Source of the DNA: Tubiluchus corallicola
Lineage: Eukaryota > Animalia > Priapulida
NCBI GenBank assembly: GCA_030141605.1
Contig: JAQGDQ010000615.1
Location: 63,693 to 127,692 of the forward strand
DNA: 64,000 bases
Reading direction: 5' to 3'
This document shows, piece by piece, positions 54,401 to 64,000 of this stretch. The stretch's first letter is position 1, and every line of letters starts with the position of its first letter. The notes under the pieces are model-generated. The model was not told where the DNA came from and made no database searches. It worked only from the letters and a program-made list of their open reading frames with translations. The position numbers and the translations under genes are program-made.

Positions 54401-56981
54401 ATCTTGGCTAGCTCTGTTCCATTTGGCATGTCTCCCAACACGGACTTCCTCAACATGAGCAGAAATTCTCTCATGTTTAATTTTCCATCTAGGTCTTCAT
54501 CTGCTTCCTGAAAGATGAGTTCTTAGATTAAATTAAGGCAACTTTGCTAATTTATATGTTGTATAACCAGTGGTGGCTTGTAGCTTAAATTAGTGGGGGT
54601 GCTGCTTCAGAAGTTTTTTAGCCGTATTTTAATACTGTGTAAAACGAAACAAACACATGCAATTTTAACGTCGTAATTTGTAATTTCAAACCAACAAACA
54701 TATAAAAATTTATACACAAATTCGATAAAATGCTAAGCAAAAAATATTGTTTCCTTACGCATGGCCTAAATTGTCACAGTTCAAGAATATGCTGGAAAAC
54801 GGCTTTTAAGCGCGTGACAACTGGCAACACACACTGCGTGAGCGACAGTACTCTTTCTACCTAAGTACAGCATCTTATCTCAGACAAGTGCGCATGGCCG
54901 TATTCGCACAACAGCCAAACACCATGTTGCTGGAACTGTGAACGCACTGTGTTGGGCTGTGAAGCAAACAGTACTACCCTCACGTGCTCTGGACCATACA
55001 TGTATAAAGAAAAACCACTTATTCTATTGAATATTATCGATAATATTGACTGAAAATAGGGGGTGCTGCAGTTCCCACAGTACCTATACACGAGCTGCCA
55101 CTGTGTATGACTCATGGCTAAAGTAACCATGACTGCAGAATGATTTTTTGAGATGTAATGAAGCTAAGACAGATTAACAGATCTCACCGTTTGTAGATTA
55201 CATTGCACGTTTGGACCAAGACACAAATCTTACAATGCAAGAAATGAGCAATAAAAGCTGGGTTGCATAACAGTCCCATCAAATGGAATGATCACCTTCC
55301 TATTATTTATCACATTAACATTACGTAGAGAAATCTTAACATTTTGGAAGCTGCATATCTGAAGATTATGACGCAGAAGTAAAAATGAAATGAGGAATAC
55401 AGCGACTATTGGATTGAAAGTTGTACAAAAAATGTCTCTACTCTGCCCATGTATGCCTATTGTGACTGGTAAGTAAATTTCAGTGAAGATTTTTTTTACC
55501 TGTTGACTGTCTTTTAAAACCATTGCTTAAGTTAGACATTATTTCAGTAAATTGGAAAAAAAGAAAGGGCACCTGCTTGTGTTAGCACAAAATTGGTTCG
55601 TCAGCGTGGTTTTGAAGAGGGGCGAAAAAGCAACGCCAGACCAAAGAAGACTTATGGCAGTCCAGCAAAGGGAACAGAGAGAATATGATGGGTAACGACA
55701 GGTTTCATTAAAAGCAGGAAGCAGTAAATAAATATAATTATCACTTTGTGAAATTTGAAGTGTTATCCAGCCATTTCAGTGAATTTTAGTGTGTAGTTTT
55801 AAAGTCAAGCACTAATTAGAGATAGTTAAAAATCTGATCACCAAATTTGCTTGTTTTATTGGCAGCGACAATACTAATTTACATATATTACATATGCCAT
55901 AATAAAGAAGGAATTGCTCTTTTAGTAATAATAGCTAGTAGAGTAAGAAGCGAGTTCTGAAAAAGTGAAATTCATTATACATAAAGTTATTTCCAGTATA
56001 AAACCTAATGTTTCTTTTTTGTACTTTTTTGTGCTGCATATTTACAAGAATCAAAGTCGATTACCTTGATTTGAGCTTTTATTTGCAAATGAGTCAGTGG
56101 TTCTCCGCATTTTTCATGCATCTTCTTTAGCTCATCCATATTGAGGCAATTATCCTTGTCTTCATCAAACCTGAACAAGTTTTACACAGTTAATTTTAAT
56201 TTCAAGAACATCAAAAATAAATGACGGTACTTAAAGAAATTTTAAATATTAACGAAAGACAGAGTTACTGAAATGAAAATAAAACGAAGTGTGAAAGGCT
56301 GCAGTAGGAGGAGGCCTTGAACCAGGAACTTTTTGAACACTAGACTGTCTTTTTTGATGGGATTTGCAGGCTGGTCTAGGCACTGATCAAGGCTGAGAGA
56401 TGGGCAATTATTTCTTAATCTGTTTCAGTCTTTTGCATCCACTTTTTTATTGTTAAATTTTGAGAATTTAATAACATTTAACATTGGATTTCAATATAAT
56501 CACGATAGTTAGTTGTGAAACTGAAACAGGTGTTGAGCATCACTCAGGAACGAGATTTCTGAGCCAATGTCAATCTGAAATTTGAAATAAAAACGCAAAC
56601 TCTATACCCAATGAGCTATTGACTATAAATAGGAAGTAAATTATATCAGAAATGTGAAGAACTGTGCGTTCTCTTTGTTACCTACATTATCTCTTGAATT
56701 ATTTTGCTTCGTACATTTTGAAAAAATGCAAGACGTACACTATTAACATACACTAACACCAAGAAAACTTACTATGAATTAAAAACTTACTGCTTAAATA
56801 TTTCTTCAAATCGTTTCACCTGACCTCGAGAAAACTCGCTGAATTCTGGATATGGGTGAGCATACTTCTCAAGAGGATCCTCGTAATCTCTCATGTGCTT
56901 TTTGGCAGCCCCTTCTTTACCTAACTCCTCGTTAAGTTTTACACGATTCTCCAACTTTTTGGACAGTTCATTAGTTGCCAT
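51486..56981 (-). CDS. EFHD2: EF-hand domain-containing protein D (EFHD1/EFHD2, swiprosin-1 homologue), 4 exons, 216 aa
   Basis: Exons 56981-56791, 56170-56065, 54507-54313 and 51644-51486. PYPEFSEFSR, EF-hands DEDKDNCLNMDE and DEDLDGKLNMRE, EIDV..GV...KYFEA and a C-terminal coiled coil ending KAAFK. Likely co-orthologous to EFHD1/2. Confidence 0.9.
51749..51854. repeat. 32-bp tandem repeat (~3.4 copies)
   Basis: TGTAAAAGTACCTCTTAATTACCTTAGATTGA recurs. Confidence 0.9.
51920..52317. repeat. 31-bp minisatellite (~13 copies) in EFHD intron 3
   Basis: Unit CTTGTGATGGCAGGGAAAGACAATGCCAGTG. Confidence 0.96.
53095..53472. mobile_element. hAT-type MITE
   Basis: TIR CAGGGCCTATTTCA; 8-bp TSD GATTTAGG/GACTTAGG. 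Confidence 0.85.
54568..55103. mobile_element. hAT-type MITE
   Basis: TIR CAGTGG(T/C)(G/A)GCT(T/C)GT; 8-bp TSD TGTATAAC/TGTATGAC; subterminal GGGGGTGCTGC. Confidence 0.8.
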
Positions 56982-57521
56982 TCTTCTCCTCTTTAGCGTA
57001 GAAACTGCTGAGCGTTGTTAAATTAGCAGCAAAATGTACTGCACACCAGATCTAACAATTACGTAGCATTATCAATTTTCGGTGCATTTTGTGAAACAGG
57101 CTTATCTACTGTGTGCTCAGTTTACCTCTCATGAGTTGTTACAAAGTGTGTACAAATAGCCAGTGATCTCATTCATCACTGAAAAACCAGTGAATCAACA
57201 GATTAGCATCTTCCAAGGTGCCGGATTCATAAACCAAAGGAAAGCAAAGCAGCTGATGCCACTGATACAGTAGCTGCTTGCTACGTCACGTTTTTGTTAC
57301 TGCGTTTGAGCGGTCTTTTTGTTGCTAGGTGGCAGCACAAGCAAACACAACATGGGAGCTTACTGTCATGATCTTCAAAAACTGCTATGAAGAATTCTAA
57401 AAAAAGTGTCATGAATTTTACACTGGAGTTACTGCCAACGGGATAACAAAAACGTTGAGAGTGCGAAAGAGCTATTTTTAACTTATTCTTTTCTAGGGCA
57501 AATAGGGCGTGTAAACTCATG

Positions 57522-58434
57522 TGTTGGGAGCCGTTTGGACCACTGCGCCAAGTAGACCACTTGATGCGCTAAAAGTAGTGTCCTACATGGGCAGCCCAAG
57601 TAGGACACTAGCGATTTTTGTCGAGAAACTTGCTCTGGCAAAACTTGTTTCCAGTTTATATTACCATTGTTTATAAGTATTATTATGACATAATAAAGCA
57701 TAAAACAAAATTTCTTTTAGAAATGGATATTCCTTGGCAATTTACAAATGCATTTCTTACAATAATTTCATCATTATGATTAACTCCATTAATATATCAT
57801 AACATTAAACCTAGTATCTAATGCTTTAAAGAGAGAAATTCTGCACACAGTTATTACAGAAATAATTGCAAATTTAAAAATGAGACAGATGCTGCTAAGC
57901 CTTCACAACACCAAAAAGTAATTTTTAACATTTAAGAAAAGCAAGGATAATTAGTTTTAATATTATCAGTAGTATTGTAACATGTAGGGCACTGTCCTAC
58001 ATGGCTCGCTAGCCCATGTAGGACACATAGATCGCTAGAACGTTTACTTATAAGAAAACAATTATTTGTCCAAGAGGTAGTGTAATGGATCACCTGTTTG
58101 TGAAGTGAGACAAAATCAAAAATGATATACCTTAAACAAATGTTGAATTCGCAAAAAAGTGGGGTTTTTCACTTCAACAACATTAATATCGAAACCAAAT
58201 TTAATATTGTCCGTTCTACCAGCTCAGAATAAAATTCTTTTATTTTATTAGATGTATAATAAATTATTCAACGTGTATTAACGTTTTTAATTATTATTAT
58301 TACATAAACAAGCACAACGGACGGTGTCAGTACACTTAACGACTGAATTCACGACCTGTCTCTAGTGTCCTACTTGGGCAGCCCAAGTAGACCAATTGGT
58401 CTACTTGGCGCAGTGGTCCAAACGGCTCCCAACA
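57522..58434. mobile_element. MITE with perfect 38-bp TIRs, TGT...ACA ends and a 5-bp TSD (Ginger2/TDD-like)
   Basis: TIR TGTTGGGAGCCGTTTGGACCACTGCGCCAAGTAGACCA; TSD TCATG at 57517-57521 and 58435-58439. Confidence 0.88.
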
Positions 58435-58627
58435 TCATGGTTTTTTTAATTTTCATATATGTTTCTATTATTTCATGTGTTCAGTAAAACATGTACGTAG
58501 TAGGTGAATTAAATTTTGAATGATTTTTTATACACTTACTTATATGATTATACTTTTTCTGTAATTTCTTGAGTAAATTTATTAACGCAGGTTTTCAATT
58601 ATTGTAGGCAAGTTCAAAGTTGTCATT

Positions 58628-59925
58628 ATGTTGGAAGGTCTTGCTGCATGGGTGTTGAATACATACGTGGGGGAATATTTGGAAAACCTAAACACCGATC
58701 AGTTATCCATAGGCTTACTGCAAGGTCAGTAGAATTTTATTTTAGGTTTGCTGTAATTATTTTGTAATTTGTAATATTTTCTTGGGAAAAACATCCAACA
58801 GACTGTACTGCGCTATGTTAAATAAGTTTGAATTTATTGTAGGGTGGCTGATTTGGTAACGTTATGTTTGTCACCACGCCTTTTTCTTCTCATTTAGATG
58901 GATATGACTTGTAATATAACATGCTTGTTTTTATGTCAGGGATAAAAATAAATTGTTTGATTTAATTATTTGATCGAGTGCTTAAAAACCAAGTGTAGCA
59001 AGATGGCTGTGGTCTTGGGTCACCCGCACTGAAATTATTGCTCTGCAAATTAAATACTAAACTGTTTATGGGGTCAGCAAAGAATGTACTTATTTAGTTA
59101 TTTACTCACTCACTCATTCACTCACTGACTTATTCACTACGTAGGTGCACTTGAGTTGGAGAACCTTCCTTTGCGAAAAGATGCCCTGAAGAAATTTGGA
59201 CTTCCTTTACAAGTTAAAGCAGGTATGTAACATTAGTCTATACATTTATTTCTGATTCTCGGTACCTAAATAAGAAGACATACATTTTGCCAGGTCTTTT
59301 TGGTACTCCCTTTACTTGAAGTGTTCTATTTCTCATTTACAGGTTTTGTGGGAAAAATAAAACTTTCCATACCTGTGCGAAAAATTCGTAGTGAACCATG
59401 GCTAATAACTATAGAGAGGCTGTATCTAGTAGCGGGCCCTCTACCACATGTGCAGGTACTGATACCAATTTTCTAATTTTAGTTTAACATCGAGTTCTGT
59501 TATGGTAACTCACAAATTGACACTTAAACTGCTTCAAATCAAACCTAACAAGTTTATTCCAAAATTTCTTTTTCTGTGGCTAGCTCTCACAGGAGACATT
59601 AGACATTTTCGGCCTGTCACACGCTATGCTAGTTAATAACTCAATGAAATGTGTGTGATTTGCACGGTGAATTTAAAAGGCAAATGTGACAATTACTGAG
59701 TTAACGGAATGAACCCAAATCATGCTGTATATTAATTAGTGTTGGACAGTAGTGGCACTGCAAGTAGCAGTTTGATAATGGCACAACATTTGCACAAGCT
59801 AGCAAAACCTGGTGAGAGCTTGCCTTGAATTTTGCTTCACAGATTTGGCCACCCTTTCATTCTTTCTCTTCTCTGTCTCCCTTCTCTCCTTTTTTTCCTT
59901 TCTCTCTCTCTCTCTGCTTCTCTCG

Positions 59926-60018
<93 letters not shown>

Positions 60019-63000
60019 CCCCCTTTCTCTGTCTGTCTTTTCTGTCTCTTGTTCTTTTATCTTTTTATTTTTCTCTCACTTCCCTCCCTCTCTTTCTCTC
60101 TCTCATTCTAGTTGTTTGTTTGCCTCGTGAAATAATTTATTTTTAGACGGAAATAATTTTTTCAAAAAACAACTTCACCCCCACCCACCCTCTCAGTGCA
60201 TCACCGTCAAAGTTATATAAAGAACTCACTGGGCATAGTGTAGATATGGAGATCTAGGCTGGACACATACCACCATGCCTTTTGCTCCACCATTAATAAG
60301 TATAGCGCCATCAGTATTTTCACTACTGTAAAAGTAGTTATAACAATGATGCAATAAACTGTATTAAGTGCGTGAATTTTGTTCAACTTCCAGTTTGACA
60401 AGAATGCAGAAGAGGAAGCGCAGAGGCTGAGAAAGCAGTCCCAACTTGACACCCTTGAGGAACAGTGGAGGGTAGGTTTAAAATTCTTTGATTTTGTGAT
60501 TAGTGTTAGGGGAGCTGCAAAGAACTGCTTTCATTGGTGTCGGTGATTACTAATACAGTAAGTCCTCACTTAACGATGCTAACGCATTCCAGCAAAATGT
60601 GACGTTTTATGAAACGTCGTTAAACGAAACCAAAACTTCCATGAAAAATAATGTAAAAAAATTGAGATACGTTCCGGAGGCAAAAATCAATGCTGTTTAA
60701 ATCATGTAAATTAAACATTTTATGTCAGGAAGCAAAAACATATTAATAATTTGTTTTGTATTAATAGTCTATTTTTATAACAGAATAATGCAATGTGTAG
60801 CATTTTTAATGCTTTAAATTAGGTAAAAAATTCGTTGGCAGAATAGATTGAAAACTGCAGGTAGTCGGTGACCTACGTGTCCGGTCCAGCTTACGACCCT
60901 TACGATCACAACTTAATTAGTTAATTATACAAAACTAACTATAAGTCATATTTGCTTCTATTTTTTTAAGTCAAATAAATTTAAGACAAATAAATAAAAT
61001 TTTAATCACTATCTTTTTTGATCAATTTGTTGGTAAGCGCTACCATATTTAGTACGCGCACACAGTGTCTTACATATTGGTTGCATCGATTGGACTTTCA
61101 TCCAGTTTGTCTTACGATCAATCTGTAGACAAATGCAAAATATTAATTGTAATTACAATGTTAATGTTAAGTTTGTTATTAATGTTACTACAAACTCCAC
61201 AATTAACGAAATTTTGATACCAAACAACAGGAAATGTGAAAAGGTTAGTGTGCAGCTTGGATCTGAACCAGGGATCTTCTGTTTATGTTGCAGTATATCA
61301 TAAAACAAATATATATATATTTGTATATATATACATACGTGTTTTTCATAGCGGGAACACTATCCCACCTCATTACCGCCAGATTCCGGTGATGGTTACA
61401 CGGCCTCCTGGTGGGCGTTGGGAACATCGCTGGCATCGAATATTCTTGCAAATGTACAGTTGAAGATTAGTGATGTTCACATTCGTTACGAGGACGGTCA
61501 GACGCATCCCGGTCAAGCTTTTGCTTGTGGTGTCATCATCAAAGGTTTGTCAGCACAAAGCGTCGATGAATCTTGGGTAAGTTTTGGCAGCTCAAGCAGA
61601 ATGTTATGCTTTTTAACCTGTGTATGAGTATTTTTATAATTTTTTATCATTTCTTCCTAGTAACAGTTTCCTAATATTTCTCTATCGTTATTATTCTTAT
61701 CTGTTTAGCAGTTTTCTAAATTTATCCTTTCTTCTCTCTCTCTCTCTCTCTCTCTCTCATTCTAGTTGTTTGTTTGCTTCGTGAAATTTATTCGCAGACG
61801 GAAATAATTTTTTCAAAAAACAACCCCACCCCCACCCTCTCACGGCATCACCGTCGATGAATCTTGTGTAAGTTTTGGCAACTCGAGCAGAATGTTTTGC
61901 TTTTTAACCTGTGTATGAGTTTTTTTTATAATTTTTTATCATTTCTTCCATGTAACAGTTTCCTAATATTTCTCTATCGTTGTTATTCTTTTCTGTTTAG
62001 CAGTTTTCTAAATTTCTGCATCATTATTCTTCTCAGAGTGTACGTTTTTTTTAATTTTTTTGACAAGATAGTTTTGTTTGGTTATATTGAAACCACGCAC
62101 TTCCATATATACATCTTTTTATAAATTACAGATGATGAGTTTTTTGACTTAATCTGCCTGAATTGCTTTGCACCTGATTAATTATTGCTTTTTGGATGCA
62201 TCATTTTCTTCTGTATTACTTTCACAAGTGGTGGTTCAATGACAGCACTACCAAATGTTAATCGCCAAATGAGTGTCTCATTGAACTTCACTCTATAACA
62301 TCTAATAAGTTTCATTTTTATGACAGACTAATGGATCTAATATTTATGCTCAATTTGAACTTTAAAATTAATAAAATAAATAACATGGCCAAATGTCTGC
62401 TGTGTGGTGATTGGTGACAACAATTTTGTACATAAAAGTTACTATATACATTTAAAATTATTGATCGATTTTAAATGTATATAGTAACTGTTTATGTATG
62501 CAATGGTTGTCACCAATCACCATACATTTAGCCATCTTATTTAATCTGAGCTGCAATTGAGTTTGTAAGGAATTAGTGAACCCACTGTGCACCTAAAATA
62601 AATTGTAATACTGTTTCTATATTGGAAACGAACCGTTGAAAAGCATTTCAATGCAAAGGCAAAGAAATGTGTGATTTAATCCATAAAAAAAGGAATTTTT
62701 CTTTCATTTTTATACATCTTTGTTCGCTGGAACTGTGTGCCAAATATTGGTAAAAAAAACATGGATTTATATTGTCTAAAAGTTTGGCTTATGAGTGTTG
62801 TTAGTACCTCTGAGAGGCATTTATGACAACTTCAAAAGTCTCAGTTGAATTTTCGTGTAAACCACTGATCTTTATTTCTGCAACATTCAAAAAAAAATAG
62901 AAAGGCAAAGGTGACTGACATTGGCTAATTTAGTTAGATTGTTACATAGTTTAGTTCATTCATAAATATCAATGAATAAATCAAAATAAAAATTAACAGA

Positions 63001-63407
63001 AGTAAACTTACATCGTTGAAGCATATATCTAATGAAAAATTTCGCTAGCTTGTACAAGACACATGTTCACTCATACAACAGCACAGCATAAATGAAAAAC
63101 GTAACTTGTTCAATGCCCACACTTTAAACTTTCTAGCTAGATGGAGCCACCTTGGCTACAAAATTAAAATTTATTAAGTCAGGTTCACACTGGCCTTAAT
63201 AAGTGTGATTGAGTGGTTTACTACATTTAACATTGATTTTGTTATTAACAGAAGCCTAAATTTGTCGACCATGCTGACATGATGAGGAAACTAGTGGAAC
63301 TGAATGATTTCTCGCTGTACTGGGATATCGACACTAGACTCGTGGGTGATCTTCCAACTCCGGAACTTGCTGAACACCTACAGCAGGATCTAGACGAGAG
63401 TGCTGAG
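58628..63407 (+). CDS. VPS13D: Vacuolar protein sorting-associated protein 13D, first six coding exons (chorein N-terminus); the gene continues beyond the window
   Basis: Exons 58628-58724, 59145-59222, 59343-59455, 60394-60471, 61352-61576 and 63252-63407. They give [47 protein letters not shown]...[13 protein letters not shown]...[16 protein letters not shown], which matches the VPS13D N-terminus. Confidence 0.93.
59860..60105. repeat. (CT)n pyrimidine microsatellite
   Basis: Directly visible. Confidence 0.95.
62386..62535. repeat. Long imperfect inverted repeat (fold-back) in VPS13D intron 5
   Basis: TGGTGATTGGTGACAA...GTTACTATATACATTTAAAAT, a short loop, then ATTTTAAATGTATATAGTAAC...TGTCACCAATCACCA. 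Confidence 0.85.
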
Positions 63408-63485
63408 GTATGAAATTTCATCTCTTTTGTGTGTTTTGGTGTAGGTTAGTTTCCGGCTGGTTTTTGAATAATTATCCAAGTAGGT

Positions 63486-64000
63486 AGTGTTGCTCCAGAT
63501 ACATTTTTTTACCGGATATCGTACTTTAATGAATACCGGATATCATCGAACTTTTCCTCAAATTGACTTCCGGTTTCGGATTATAATAGGTTAGCTAAAT
63601 TCGGACTGAATATGCAGATCAGCTCGGATAATGGAAAACTAGTAAATGTTTGCAAACTTTATCGTTTTCATTTCGTCTATTATCTTAAAAGACCTAGCCC
63701 GAAGATACACCATATTGCCAACACACTCAAACAAAAAGACATGTTTGTAAAAAATTTTCGTCTTGAAAACAGAAACAGGCTAAAACGATTCCTAAGTTTT
63801 TTGGTAATATTTTATTTATTTATTTTCGGCTGATTATTATTCAAATTAATATTCGATATTATCGGATATTATTCAAAAATTATTTTTAATTCACATTACG
63901 AAAACAGATAGCGAATATTTGCGAATATCAAAATTTTTCGGACACAAATACCTGTAAGATCCCGCGAATGTCACCATTTTCGGATACGAATCTGATATCT
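63486..64000. mobile_element. Probable hAT-type MITE with (C)GGATAT / CGAATAT subrepeats, running off the window
   Basis: Starts TAGTGTTGCTCC; dense CCGGATATC/CGAATAT motifs near both ends; the right TIR is not in the window. Confidence 0.5.

Overview
AT-rich, intron-containing invertebrate-animal genomic DNA (GT-AG introns, LINEs, SINEs, MITEs, microsatellites); not prokaryotic. Genes reconstructed by hand from exons: the 3' end of a cytosolic sulfotransferase (+); a secreted protein fusing a ~320-aa Gly-Tyr-Gly low-complexity region to a C-terminal pentraxin domain (+, 8256-20134); a fukutin with an uninterrupted CDS (+); GRWD1 (-); eIF5A (+); an EFHD/swiprosin EF-hand protein (-); and the 5' part of VPS13D (+). 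Mobile DNA includes a decayed CR1/L2-group LINE, two copies of a 5S-rRNA-headed SINE, a second 5S-like SINE family, and piggyBac-, hAT-, Kolobok- and Ginger-like MITEs. The most notable observations are: (1) the GYG-pentraxin fusion protein; (2) two unrelated tandem arrays in or next to GRWD1 whose units resemble hammerhead ribozyme cores; (3) locus-private intronic minisatellites or duplications that copy the adjacent 5' splice site. All calls are by eye; no searches or folding programs were run.
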